From: Patescibacteria group bacterium
Lineage (GTDB): Bacteria > Patescibacteriota > Minisyncoccia > Minisyncoccales > DG-74-3
DNA length: 62,159 nt
NCBI GenBank assembly: GCA_018813025.1
Contig: JAHJCL010000037.1
Location: 1 to 62,159, forward strand
Direction of reading: 5' to 3'
The notes beneath the pieces were generated by a model that was not told where the DNA came from, ran no database searches, and saw only the letters and a program-made list of their open reading frames with translations. Position numbers and translations under genes: made by a program. Below, one piece after another: positions 9,613 through 19,416 of this stretch. The stretch's first letter is position 1. Each line of letters opens with the position of its first letter.

Positions 9613-9856
9613 AATTCTTAATCAAGGAGTAGGTATTATTATTACATCAGCCATATTGTTTTTTTTGGCATTATGGTATTTTTGCATTGGCTGGGCTAAT
9701 GTTCATGGTAAAAAATCTCTGATTATCGGTTTTTTTGTGAGCAGTATATATACTTTTAGATTTTTAGTCAGAACTTTTTTAATTATTCTTCTTTTTTCTA
9801 TAATCTGGCAGCTTGGAGAATACTTTTTGCCTTCAATTAGCATTCCTCGCCTTTGA
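9605..9856 (+). CDS. small membrane protein (2-3 TM)
   Basis: 83 aa, almost entirely hydrophobic helices. Overlaps the upstream gene by 8 nt. Confidence 0.5.
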   Translation: MLKILNQGVGIIITSAILFFLALWYFCIGWANVHGKKSLIIGFFVSSIYTFRFLVRTFLIILLFSIIWQLGEYFLPSISIPRL

Positions 9857-9877
9857 GGTGTGTGATATACTAAAAGT

Positions 9878-11263
9878 ATGATTTTTGAAACTACCTACAT
9901 ATATTTTCAAAAGTGGGGATTGGTTTCGGCAATAGAACTCTTGCTAAATACCTGGGGATGGATTCTTCCACCGATTTTTTTCTTTTTAACTTTTAGATAT
10001 CTTTATAAATGGTGGATTAATTGGGAAGTGCGTTATCAGCAAAATGAATGGGTTTTATTAAGAATTATTCCGCCTAAAGAAGTTAAAAATACATTTAAGG
10101 CTATGCAAGATGTTTATAACATTCTTTTTGGAATTCGCGATGGTCCCAATTGGAGAGAGCAGTGGTGCGAGGGAATATTGCCTGTCGGTCCGTGGTTGTC
10201 TTGGGAAATAACCTGTATTGGAGGAAAAATAGCTTTTTATGTCAAATGTTTAGCACCCATAAGAGGTTTAATTGAAGATGCTCTTTATTCTCATTTTCCT
10301 GAAATAGAAATTCAATTAGCCGAAGATTATACTCAGAAAGTTCCTCAAGATGTTCCCAACAAAGATTGGGATATTTATACTGAAGACTATACTGTTCTTT
10401 GGGATCAGGCTTTGCCAATCAAAACCTATCCGTTTTTTGACGAGAGGCCGGAATCTCCTCAAACTGAAGATGTCAGAATAGACCCCTTAGATTCCATGTT
10501 AGAAGCAATGGCGAGAATGAATCCGGCTGAACAGCTTTGGTTTCAAATGGTAATAGTGCCGGTTTTACCAGGAGACACTCGCTTTGATTGTTTTGCTGAA
10601 GGAAAAGCTCTAATTAATAAAATAGCTCAAAGATCTTCAGAAAATGGTAATGGCGGTTTTTCAGTCCTAAAATCAATTATCAATTTTTTCTTATGGGGAG
10701 ACGTCGAAACGCCAAAAGAGGAGAAGCCGGCCGATATTTTATCAGCTCCGGAGTTAAGGTTGGTTTCAGGAGAAAGAGACAAAATTAAAGCAATAGAGAA
10801 CAAAATATCACAGCCAGGATTTAAGACCTGGATGAGAATTGTCTATTTATATAAAAGGAATGAACCTTATTTTAAAGGAAACTATAAGATTATCAGGACT
10901 TACTTCAATCATTTTATCCACTCTGATTGGAATGGTCCTGTTTTTTGGGGACCAACCAGATCCAGAATTCATTATTGGTTTGTTGACCGCAGATTGTATT
11001 TAAGAAAGAGAAAGAATTTCCGTAATTACATTTCTCGTCTTCCTTCTTTATTCCCAAGGACAATGGACGGAGAACCAATGTTTGAAAAGGGAATTGTTTC
11101 CCGAGTTCCGGGATTAAGAGGCACTGTGGTTTTGTGCAGTGAAGAATTGGCAACTATTTATCATTTCCCATACAAGATTTCATCTGTTATTGCTCCAGCA
11201 ATTTTGCCGATTGAAGCTAAAAAAGCCGGTCCTCCGGTTGGGCTGCCGACAGAAGAAAACTAA
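9878..11263 (+). CDS. membrane-anchored protein of unknown function, candidate partner of the downstream ATPase
   Basis: 461 aa. N-terminal hydrophobic hairpin (LVSAIELLLNTWGWILPPIFFFLTF), then a large soluble Trp/Arg-rich domain. No motif I can name. A 15-nt gap separates it from the ATPase gene. Confidence 0.55.
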   Translation: MIFETTYIYFQKWGLVSAIELLLNTWGWILPPIFFFLTFRYLYKWWINWEVRYQQNEWVLLRIIPPKEVKNTFKAMQDVYNILFGIRDGPNWREQWCEGILPVGPWLSWEITCIGGKIAFYVKCLAPIRGLIEDALYSHFPEIEIQLAEDYTQKVPQDVPNKDWDIYTEDYTVLWDQALPIKTYPFFDERPESPQTEDVRIDPLDSMLEAMARMNPAEQLWFQMVIVPVLPGDTRFDCFAEGKALINKIAQRSSENGNGGFSVLKSIINFFLWGDVETPKEEKPADILSAPELRLVSGERDKIKAIENKISQPGFKTWMRIVYLYKRNEPYFKGNYKIIRTYFNHFIHSDWNGPVFWGPTRSRIHYWFVDRRLYLRKRKNFRNYISRLPSLFPRTMDGEPMFEKGIVSRVPGLRGTVVLCSEELATIYHFPYKISSVIAPAILPIEAKKAGPPVGLPTEEN

Positions 11264-11278
11264 TAATTATTTTTTATA

Positions 11279-12937
11279 ATGGACATTTCAGATATTAATT
11301 TTTTTGGCGAAACAACCTTTCGCAATCAACAAAAGAAATTCGGCATTAAAACCGACGATCGGCGCCGTCATGTTTATGTGATTGGAAAAACAGGTATGGG
11401 TAAAACAGCTTTATTGGAAAATATGGCTATTCAGGATATTCAATCCGGCAAAGGTGTTGCTTTTATTGATCCTCACGGCGAAGCGGCTGAAAATTTATTA
11501 AATTTTATTCCTTCAGAAAGAGTTAATGATGTTGTTTATTTTAATCCATCTGACTTAGATTTTCCAATAGGATTTAATATTATGGAAAGAATCGACGCTG
11601 ATCAAAGGCATTTGATTACTTCTGGGTTAATGGGTGTTTTTAAGAAAATATGGCCTGACGTTTGGTCAGCCAGAATGGAATACATTTTAAGCAATTCCAT
11701 TTTAGCTTTATTGGAATATCCTGGCTCAACTCTTTTAAGCGTTAATAGAATGCTATCTGATCCGGATTTTCGTAAAAAAGTGGTTGATAAAGTCAGCGAT
11801 CCGATTGTCAAATCATTTTGGACTAAAGAATTCTCCCGCTATACTCAACGTTACGAAACCGAAGCAACCGCGGCTGTCCAAAACAAGGTTGGTCAATTTA
11901 TTTCCAATCCTCTAATGAGAAATATTATTGGCCAGACTCAATCCAGTATTAATATGCGCCGGATAATGGATGATGGTAAAATCTTAATACTTAATCTTTC
12001 TAAAGGAAAAATCGGCGAAGATAATTCGCTTTTATTAGGAGCTCTTTTAATTACTAAACTGCAATTAGCAGCCATGTCCAGAGTTGATACTCCTGAAGCA
12101 AAAAGAAAAGATTTTTTTCTATATGTTGATGAATTCCAAAATTTTGCTACAGAAGCATTTGTTAATATTCTTTCCGAAGCCAGAAAATATAGACTATCTT
12201 TAATTCTTGGTCATCAGTATATTGCTCAAATGGACGAAACAGTCAGAGATGCCGTCTTCGGAAATGTTGGTACACTGGTTACTTTTAGAGTCGGAGCAGA
12301 AGACGCTGATTATTTGGAAAAAGAATTTTCCCCGGAAATTTTTGCTACTGATTTTGTTAATCTGGCTAAATACAATGTTTATCTAAAATTAATGATTGAC
12401 GGTATTTCTTCCCGTCCTTTTTCAGCCCAAACATTAATCCCTTTCAAGACGCCTAAAGATTCCAATAAAGAAAAAATAATTAAAGTCTCGCGGGAAAGAT
12501 ACGGTACCCCTAAAGCTAATATTGAAGAAAAAATTATTTCCTGGATTGAGGAAATAAAAGAAACGCCGACAATTAAAAAAGAACAGCAATCTACAAATTC
12601 TTCAACTGTTCTTTATGATGCTCAGTGCTCTTTGTGCGGAAAATGGACTAAGGTTGTTTTTCCTCCTGACGGAACCAGACCGGTTTATTGCAAGCCTTGC
12701 TTAAAGAAAACCAGAGAAGCTAAAGAAGTCAAAGAAGCTCAAGAAAGGCAATCAGCTAGAGAGGTTAAAAAAGAGCCGATTATTGCTTCTTTAAAAGATA
12801 ATTGTCAGAATTCGGTTCCATTTTCTTTGTCGAAAAAAGAAGTGCCTTTGGAAAAGAAAAAAATAGAAAGAAAACAGGTTAATTTAAGTGAGTTGAAAAG
12901 TATTTTACAGGAATCTTTAAAGAATTTAAAAAAGTAA
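11279..12937 (+). CDS. VirD4/TraD/TraG-like (HerA-FtsK clade) P-loop ATPase with C-terminal CxxC-x17-CxxC zinc ribbon
   Basis: Walker A VIGKTGMGKT and Walker B FFLYVDEFQNF. No N-terminal TM helices. CSLCGKWTKVVFPPDGTRPVYCKPC at nt 12626..12700, followed by a K/E-rich tail. Confidence 0.7.
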   Translation: MDISDINFFGETTFRNQQKKFGIKTDDRRRHVYVIGKTGMGKTALLENMAIQDIQSGKGVAFIDPHGEAAENLLNFIPSERVNDVVYFNPSDLDFPIGFNIMERIDADQRHLITSGLMGVFKKIWPDVWSARMEYILSNSILALLEYPGSTLLSVNRMLSDPDFRKKVVDKVSDPIVKSFWTKEFSRYTQRYETEATAAVQNKVGQFISNPLMRNIIGQTQSSINMRRIMDDGKILILNLSKGKIGEDNSLLLGALLITKLQLAAMSRVDTPEAKRKDFFLYVDEFQNFATEAFVNILSEARKYRLSLILGHQYIAQMDETVRDAVFGNVGTLVTFRVGAEDADYLEKEFSPEIFATDFVNLAKYNVYLKLMIDGISSRPFSAQTLIPFKTPKDSNKEKIIKVSRERYGTPKANIEEKIISWIEEIKETPTIKKEQQSTNSSTVLYDAQCSLCGKWTKVVFPPDGTRPVYCKPCLKKTREAKEVKEAQERQSAREVKKEPIIASLKDNCQNSVPFSLSKKEVPLEKKKIERKQVNLSELKSILQESLKNLKK

Positions 12938-12950
12938 TTAAAGAAGTTAT

Positions 12951-14009
12951 ATGAAAGTCCTGAAGGATTTTGATTTAAAGAATAAAAAAGTTTTAGTTCG
13001 GTGCGATTTTAATGTTCCCCTTTCTTCACAAGGGGAAATTTTAAATGACTTCAGAATAAAGCAGAGTTTGTCGACCATTAATTATTTAAAAAAAAAGAAA
13101 GCTAAAATAATTCTTTTAAGCCACTTTGGTCGGCCCCAGCAAGATGAAGTTAATTTAAAGAAATACAGTTTAAAGCCAGTTGCTTTAAGATTATCTAAAT
13201 TATTAAAGACCCGTATTTTGTTTTTACCGGATTGTATCGGTGAAAAAATTAAAGAAGAGATTGGCAAAATGAAACCGGGCAAAATAATTCTTTTAGAAAA
13301 TTTAAGATTTCATAAAGAAGAAGAAGAAAACGATTCCGGTTTTGCTAAGAAATTAGCATCTTTAGGGGATGTTTATATTAATGACGCTTTTAGCGCTTGT
13401 CACCGAGCTCATGCCTCAATTGAAGCTATTACTAAATACATAACCCACGGAGCAGGAATTCTTTTGAAAGAAGAGTCAGATATTTTAACCGATTTACTCA
13501 ATAATCCTAAAAAGCCATTAGTAGCAATTATTGGGGGGAAAAAGATAGAGACTAAGATAAAGTTAATTGATAGTATTGCCGAAGTTGCTAATTGGATTTT
13601 AATTGGAGGATTATTGGAAAGGGAAATCAAAGCTAAAGAAATAGATTTTGAAGACCCCAAAAAAATTATCCTTGCTGTTGATAATTTGGATGGTTTTGAT
13701 ATCGGACCTAAAACAATAGAACTTTTTAAGAAAAAAATAAAAAAAGCTAAAACTATTTTTTTATCAGGTTCGTTAGGTAAAACTGAAGATAAAAAATATC
13801 AAAGAGGTTCGCAAGAAATAATTAAAGCAATTATTAAGAGTCGGGCTTTCTCAGTAGCCGGAGGAGGGGAAACAGTGGAATTTATTGATGAGATAGGTAA
13901 GCATTCCAAGTTTGGCTATATTTCTACTGGCGGTGGGGCAATGTTAGAACTTTTGTCTGGAAAAGAATTACCGGGAATTAAAGCTTTAGAAAATGAAAGC
14001 AGAAATTAA
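12951..14009 (+). CDS. pgk: phosphoglycerate kinase
   Basis: RCDFNVP, ILLSHFGRP, LLENLRFHKEEE, STGGGAMLE. 352 aa, which is short for the family. Confidence 0.9.
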   Translation: MKVLKDFDLKNKKVLVRCDFNVPLSSQGEILNDFRIKQSLSTINYLKKKKAKIILLSHFGRPQQDEVNLKKYSLKPVALRLSKLLKTRILFLPDCIGEKIKEEIGKMKPGKIILLENLRFHKEEEENDSGFAKKLASLGDVYINDAFSACHRAHASIEAITKYITHGAGILLKEESDILTDLLNNPKKPLVAIIGGKKIETKIKLIDSIAEVANWILIGGLLEREIKAKEIDFEDPKKIILAVDNLDGFDIGPKTIELFKKKIKKAKTIFLSGSLGKTEDKKYQRGSQEIIKAIIKSRAFSVAGGGETVEFIDEIGKHSKFGYISTGGGAMLELLSGKELPGIKALENESRN

Positions 14010-15138
14010 AAACTTAAAAAAAGTAGCTCAACGAATTTTAGAAGCTATTAAAAATAAAGAGAAAATAATTATTTACGGCGACTCTGATCCTGACGGAGTA
14101 GGATCAGTTATTATTTTAGAAGAAACAATAAAAGAGCTCGGCTTTAAGTCACCTAAAATTTATTTTCCTGACAGAGAAAAAGAAGGGTATGGATTGAACG
14201 AAAAAGCCCTTAAGTGTTTGAAGAAGTATAGTCCGGCTTTGTTGATTACTTTAGACTGCGGAATAGGTAATATTAGTGAAGTAGAAACAGCTAAAAAAAT
14301 GGGTTTTGAGGTGATTATTATTGATCATCATAAAGTTTTATCTCAAGTGCCAAAAGCGTCAATTATTTGCGCGCCAAAACAAAAAGGAGACAAGTATCCT
14401 TTTAAAGAATTGGCTAATGCAGGTTTAACTTATAAGCTTTCCAAGCTTCTTTTTTCATTAGCTAATCAACACTTCAATCCGGAAAGATTTTTAGAAATAG
14501 TAGTTTTAGCAACAATTTCCGATATGATGATTATTGAAGCCGACAACGAAAAATTTATTAAAGAAGGTTCATTAGCTTTGAATTTCACTCAAAGACCAGG
14601 ATTAATAGCCTTAATAGACATTACTAAATTTGAGAATTGGGATAGTCAAGAAATCCGTCAGAAACTTGTTTCTATTTTGAATGCCGGACAAACAATAAAA
14701 CACTTAAATGAAGCTTATGTTCTGTTGAGTGAAAAAAATCTCACTAAAGCTAAAAATATGGTGCAATTATTAGTAAAAAAATCTGAATATCGTAGGCAGG
14801 AAATAAAAAAAATATTTGAAGAAATAGAGAAAAGAATTGATAATTCAGATTTAATTGTTTTTGATGGAGATGCTAACTGGCCATTGATTTTATTGGGGCC
14901 ATCAGCGTCTAGAGCGTGTAACAAATATGGTAAGCCGGTATTTTTATTCCACAAAGGAGATAAAGAATGTCCTGGAGCGGTCAGGATGCCATCGGGAGTG
15001 GATGCAGTCAAAGCAATGACAAGTTGTGAAGATTTATTAAAAACTTATGGTGGTCACGCTCTGGCTGCCGGATTCAGAATTGAAACAAAGAACTTAGAAA
15101 ATTTTAAAAATTGTTTAATAAAATATTTTAAAAGATGA
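13993..15138 (+). CDS. DHH/DHHA1 phosphoesterase (short RecJ/NrnA-like)
   Basis: GDSDPDGVGS, IIIDHHK (DHH motif), GGHALAAGF (DHHA1 motif). 381 aa. Confidence 0.65.
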   Translation: MKAEIKNLKKVAQRILEAIKNKEKIIIYGDSDPDGVGSVIILEETIKELGFKSPKIYFPDREKEGYGLNEKALKCLKKYSPALLITLDCGIGNISEVETAKKMGFEVIIIDHHKVLSQVPKASIICAPKQKGDKYPFKELANAGLTYKLSKLLFSLANQHFNPERFLEIVVLATISDMMIIEADNEKFIKEGSLALNFTQRPGLIALIDITKFENWDSQEIRQKLVSILNAGQTIKHLNEAYVLLSEKNLTKAKNMVQLLVKKSEYRRQEIKKIFEEIEKRIDNSDLIVFDGDANWPLILLGPSASRACNKYGKPVFLFHKGDKECPGAVRMPSGVDAVKAMTSCEDLLKTYGGHALAAGFRIETKNLENFKNCLIKYFKR

Positions 15139-15578
15139 AAAAAATAACAATATATACTGACGGCGGTTCTCGTGGAAATCCCGGACCAGCCGCAGCCGGA
15201 ATAGTTTTTTTAAACGGAAAGGACCAAATCATCAAAGAATACGGTGAGTTTTTAGGCAATGGTTTAACTAATAATGAAGCTGAATACGGAGCGGTTATTT
15301 TTGCTTTAAAAAAGTTTAAACAACTTTTTGGTAAAAACATAGCTGAAACTTCAGAAATTGAATTGAAGTCAGATTCGGAATTATTAGTTAAACAACTTAA
15401 TGGAGAATATAAAATTTTGGATTCGAAAATTCAGAATTTATTTTTGACCGTCTGGAATCTAAAATTAGATTTTAAAAAAATAAAATTTAAATTGATTGTC
15501 CGTGAGAAAAATCAGGAGGCTGACAGGTTAGTTAATGAGGCATTAGATAGGGAGGTGCGCAATCAAAAACTTCTCTAA
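15135..15578 (+). CDS. rnhA: ribonuclease HI-like protein
   Basis: IYTDGGSRGNPGPAAAG, NNEAEY and SDSELLV match the RNase H fold catalytic-residue pattern. ATGA overlap with the upstream gene. Confidence 0.75.
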   Translation: MKKITIYTDGGSRGNPGPAAAGIVFLNGKDQIIKEYGEFLGNGLTNNEAEYGAVIFALKKFKQLFGKNIAETSEIELKSDSELLVKQLNGEYKILDSKIQNLFLTVWNLKLDFKKIKFKLIVREKNQEADRLVNEALDREVRNQKLL

Positions 15579-15626
15579 TTGATAGGCTAAGCCTATTATA
15601 AAAATTAGGTTGATTTGTTAATATAG

Positions 15627-15654
15627 TTGACTAAAGTTTAGGTTCTTGTATAAT
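15627..15654 (+). promoter_or_regulatory. promoter of RNase P RNA (TTGACT-16 nt-TATAAT)
   Basis: TTGACT at 15627..15632 and TATAAT at 15649..15654, preceded by TG. The RNA P1 stem starts about 5 nt downstream. Confidence 0.5.
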
Positions 15655-15658
15655 ATAG

Positions 15659-16056
15659 TTGCTCAAGCAGACAGGGCAATTGCCTCTTAATAGTTTACTA
15701 TAAAGGGGAGGAAAGTCCGAACACCATTTTCCCGTTTTACGGGATCAAAAAAGATAACGGCTAACAGCCGCCGGGAGAAATCCTCGAGGTGCGAACAGAG
15801 ACGTTCTGAAGCGAAAGCTAAAGAACACCCTTCAAAACTTTATGTAAAGGAGGGTGAGTTCCGAAAGTAATTTCGGAAATGAAACGGCTAAATCCTTATC
15901 GGGTGCAAGAGCAAACATTTAGACAATCTCCGGATTTGCCTAAATGACAAGTAGCTCGCATGATCCCGCAAGTAATTGCGGGACTAAGATAGATAATTGC
16001 CTCGTCCCATTTATACCGGGATTAGACAGAATTCGGCTTATTGTCTACTTGAGCAA
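15659..16056 (+). ncRNA. rnpB: RNase P RNA (bacterial type)
   Basis: Conserved GGAGGAAAGTCCGAACACC (P4 5' strand) and ACAGAATTCGGCTTA (P4 3' strand). The terminal P1 stem pairs ttgctcaagcagaca with tgtctacttgagcaa. Confidence 0.9.
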
Positions 16057-16057
16057 T

Positions 16058-16086
16058 AAAGAACACCATTATTGGTGTTCTTTTGT
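16058..16086 (+). terminator. rho-independent terminator after rnpB
   Basis: aaagaacacca / tggtgttcttt stem with a ttat loop, then a T-rich tract. Confidence 0.7.
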
Positions 16087-16103
16087 TATCGATTTATCAA
16101 AGA

Positions 16104-16132
16104 TTGATTAAAGAGAAGAATTGACTTAAAAT
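16104..16132 (+). promoter_or_regulatory. promoter (TTGATT-17 nt-TAAAAT) only 8 nt upstream of the murJ ATG
   Basis: TTGATT at 16104..16109, TAAAAT at 16127..16132, ATG at 16141. Confidence 0.4.
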
Positions 16133-16140
16133 AGCTTTAT

Positions 16141-17481
16141 ATGGCGAGTCTTTTAAATTTTCAAACAAGGACAATTACTCAAGGAGCAATTATTTTGGCT
16201 TTTTCAACTTTCCTTAGCCGTTTATTAGGTTTAGCTCGGGAATGGTTATTAGCTGATAAATTTGGAGCTGGTTTAGAGCTTGATATTTATTTGGCTGCCT
16301 TTAGGATTCCTGATTTTATTTTTAACATTTTCATTGTTGGAGGAGTTATTGTTTCTTTTCTGCCAATTTTTTCCCAGTATTACGAAACAGATAAAGAAAA
16401 AGCCTGGCACTTCACTTCTAATTTAATCAATGTTTTTTTACTTTTTTTAATTATAGTATCAATTATTCTTTTTATTTTTGCTCCTTGGATTTTAAAATTA
16501 ACCGCTCCCGGTTTTTCTCTAGAGGCTCAAAGAGAATGCGTTAATCTGACTCGTTTGATGCTTTTGAGCCCGATTTTTTTAGGATTATCTAATATTTTTT
16601 CCGGAATTTTAAACTATTTTAAAAAGTTTTTAGTTTTCGGTCTTTGTCCTATTTTATATAATTTAGGAATAATTTTAGGAATATTATTTTTAACTCCCCA
16701 ATTCGGAGTTTTTGGAATTTCTCTTGGCGTGGTTTTGGGAGCATTTTTACATTTTTTAGTTCAAGTTCCGTCAGTAGTTAATTCCGGATTCAGATATTGG
16801 TTCAGTTTAGACATTAAAGAACCAGGAATTATCCAAACATTTAAGTTAATGCTACCTCGAATTTTAGGTATAGCCAGTCAGCAAATTAATTTAATTTTCA
16901 TAACTGCACTGGCTTCAACTCTTAACCAAGGTTCAATTGCTATTTTCAACTTTGCCAACAATCTCCAATCTTTGCCTATTGGAATTATCGGTATTTCTTT
17001 TGCTACTGCCGCTTTTCCTGCGTTTGCCAAGCTTCAATCTAAGGAAGATAAACCCGAGCTTTTTAAAAAATTTAGGTCAATTTTTAATAAAATTATTCTT
17101 TTAATAATTCCTATCAGTCTTTTTATATTTATCTTCAGAGGTCAAATAGTTAATTTAATTTTGCAACACGGCCAATTTTCTCAAACATCAGCCCAATTGA
17201 CTGCAGCCGGGTTGGGATTGTTCTGTTTAAGTTTATGGGCTAGCACAACTATTCCCTTAATGTTAAGAGTATTTTTTGCTTTAAAAGATACTAAAACCCC
17301 GGCTTTTATTGCCGTTCTAACTGTTATCTTAAATATTACTTTAAGTCTTTTCTTTATTTCTTTATTAAAAGATAGTGGCGATATTAAGGTTTTGGGATTG
17401 GTTCTAGCTTTCGTCCTTTCAGATATTTTTCAGTTTTGTTTATCTTTCTTCTTTTTAAAGAAAAAATATGAAACAGTTTAG
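16141..17481 (+). CDS. murJ: lipid II flippase MurJ/MviN
   Basis: 446 aa, about 12-14 TM helices. N-terminal FLSRLLGLAREWLLADKFGAG is the typical MurJ signature. Confidence 0.85.
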   Translation: MASLLNFQTRTITQGAIILAFSTFLSRLLGLAREWLLADKFGAGLELDIYLAAFRIPDFIFNIFIVGGVIVSFLPIFSQYYETDKEKAWHFTSNLINVFLLFLIIVSIILFIFAPWILKLTAPGFSLEAQRECVNLTRLMLLSPIFLGLSNIFSGILNYFKKFLVFGLCPILYNLGIILGILFLTPQFGVFGISLGVVLGAFLHFLVQVPSVVNSGFRYWFSLDIKEPGIIQTFKLMLPRILGIASQQINLIFITALASTLNQGSIAIFNFANNLQSLPIGIIGISFATAAFPAFAKLQSKEDKPELFKKFRSIFNKIILLIIPISLFIFIFRGQIVNLILQHGQFSQTSAQLTAAGLGLFCLSLWASTTIPLMLRVFFALKDTKTPAFIAVLTVILNITLSLFFISLLKDSGDIKVLGLVLAFVLSDIFQFCLSFFFLKKKYETV

Positions 17482-19264
17482 AAACTTCGTAATAATAGCC
17501 CATATTGATCACGGAAAATCTACCTTAGCCGATAGGTTTTTAGAATTGACCAATACCGTTCCTAAAGAAAAAATGAAATCTTGTTTCTTGGATGCAATGG
17601 ATTTAGAACAAGAAAAAGGGATTACTATTAAAATGCAGCCGGTCAAAATGAATTACTCTTTGAACGGTCAGTCCTATATTTTAAATCTTATAGACACGCC
17701 TGGGCATGTTGATTTTACTTATGAAGTTTCCCGGTCATTGGTTGCCGTTGAAGGAGCGATTTTATTAGTTGATGCCACCAAAGGAATTCAGGCCCAGACA
17801 ATCTATAATCTTGAATTAGCTCAAAAACAGAATTTAAAAATTATACCAGCTATCAATAAAATTGATTTACCTCAATCTCAAGTCGAGCAATCTAGACAGG
17901 AATTGGCCCAATTATTGGGTATTACCAAAGAGGAAGTTTTTCTTATCTCGGGTAAAAAAGGAACTAACGTTGATAAATTATTAGAAGAGGTTATTAAAGT
18001 TCCTTCGCCTGGGGGTGATAAGGAAAAACCGTTTAAAGCTTTAATTTTTGATTCCAAATTCGATCCATTTAAAGGAATTTTGGCTTATATCAGAGTTTTT
18101 GACGGAGAAATCAAAAGAGGCGATAAATTCTATTTAATGGCTTCAAATGTTTTAGGAGATACAAAGGAAGTTGGATTTTTTAGCCCTGATTTAAAGCCGA
18201 TAGAAAGCTTGAGCGCAGGAGAAATTGGCTATTTAGCCACTGGGATTAAAGAGCCAGGAAAAATTCATGTTGGTGATACTATTATTGATGCTAAACTAAA
18301 AATCCAAAAAGCCGAATTACCAGTTCCTTTAGCTGGTTATAAAGAGCCACAGCCAGTTGTTTTCGCCAGTTTTTATCCGGAGAATACCGATGATTTCGAT
18401 CTTTTAAAAAAAGCTTTAGCTCAATTAAAACTTAATGACGCTTCCTTGAGTTTTGAACCGGAAGCTAAAAAGGCATTAGGTCGTGGTTTTCGTTGCGGAT
18501 TTTTAGGGTCATTACACATTGAAATTACTTCGGAAAGGTTGCGTCGTGAGTTTGGAATGCATTTGGTTATTTCTCAACCACAAGTTTCTTACAAAATCCT
18601 TAATCAAAAAAATGAAGAAGAAATAATTTATTCAGCCAGCGATTGGCCGGACCCAACATTTATTAAAGAGGTGCAAGAGCCATGGGTTAACATAGAAGTT
18701 ATTACTCCTCAAGAATATTTAGGATTGGTTTTAGATTTATTAACCCAAGCCGGTGGAATTTATTTAGAGACGAAATATTTATCATCAAATAGATTGCTTT
18801 TGAAATATGAAGTTCCTTTAAGAGAAATTGTTATTGATTTTTACGACCGACTAAAAGGATTGACGCAGGGGTTTGCTTCAATGAGCTATCAATTTATCGG
18901 TTACAAGAAAGGGGATTTAGTTAAATTAGAGATTTTTATTGCTGGCGATTCGGAAGAGGCATTTTCTAAAATAGTTCATGAAAACGATGCTGTTGAGGAA
19001 GGAAAGAAAATGACCAAAAAGTTAAAGGAAGTGATGCCTGCCCAATTATTTTCGGTTGCCTTGCAGGCAGTTGTTAAAAATAAAATTATTGCCAGGGAGA
19101 CGATTAAAGCCAAAAGAAAAGACGTGACAGCTCCTTTGTATGGAGGAGATATCACCAGAAAGAGAAAGCTTTGGGATAAGCAGAAAAAAGGTAAAAAAGA
19201 ATTGAAGGAAAAAGGAAGAGTTCAGGTTCCGCCTAAAGTATTTTTGGAAATGTTTAGAACTTGA
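17468..19264 (+). CDS. lepA: elongation factor 4
   Basis: AHIDHGKSTLADR, DTPGHVDF, NKIDL, and the LepA-specific C-terminus (...YGGDITRKRKLWDKQKKGKK). Confidence 0.95.
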   Translation: MKQFRNFVIIAHIDHGKSTLADRFLELTNTVPKEKMKSCFLDAMDLEQEKGITIKMQPVKMNYSLNGQSYILNLIDTPGHVDFTYEVSRSLVAVEGAILLVDATKGIQAQTIYNLELAQKQNLKIIPAINKIDLPQSQVEQSRQELAQLLGITKEEVFLISGKKGTNVDKLLEEVIKVPSPGGDKEKPFKALIFDSKFDPFKGILAYIRVFDGEIKRGDKFYLMASNVLGDTKEVGFFSPDLKPIESLSAGEIGYLATGIKEPGKIHVGDTIIDAKLKIQKAELPVPLAGYKEPQPVVFASFYPENTDDFDLLKKALAQLKLNDASLSFEPEAKKALGRGFRCGFLGSLHIEITSERLRREFGMHLVISQPQVSYKILNQKNEEEIIYSASDWPDPTFIKEVQEPWVNIEVITPQEYLGLVLDLLTQAGGIYLETKYLSSNRLLLKYEVPLREIVIDFYDRLKGLTQGFASMSYQFIGYKKGDLVKLEIFIAGDSEEAFSKIVHENDAVEEGKKMTKKLKEVMPAQLFSVALQAVVKNKIIARETIKAKRKDVTAPLYGGDITRKRKLWDKQKKGKKELKEKGRVQVPPKVFLEMFRT

Positions 19265-19416
19265 AATTAAGAATTAAGAGGACTAAAATAGAGGAGCAAT
19301 CATCATTAAAATAGTGCTGATGGCCACTAAAGATACTAAAAAAATCCAGAGAGCTTTAAAAAAAGGTTTTTGTGAAGAATGTTTCATAAATAGATTTATA
19401 TAATTATATAATCCTT

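Noticed and set aside
19283-19387. 34-codon minus-strand ORF (MKHSSQKPFFKALWIFLVSLVAISTILMMIAPLF) in the lepA-ftsB gap.
   Set aside because: It is plausible as a tiny membrane peptide. However, it is very short, on the minority strand, and has no motif or promoter that I can support. Conservation cannot be tested here.
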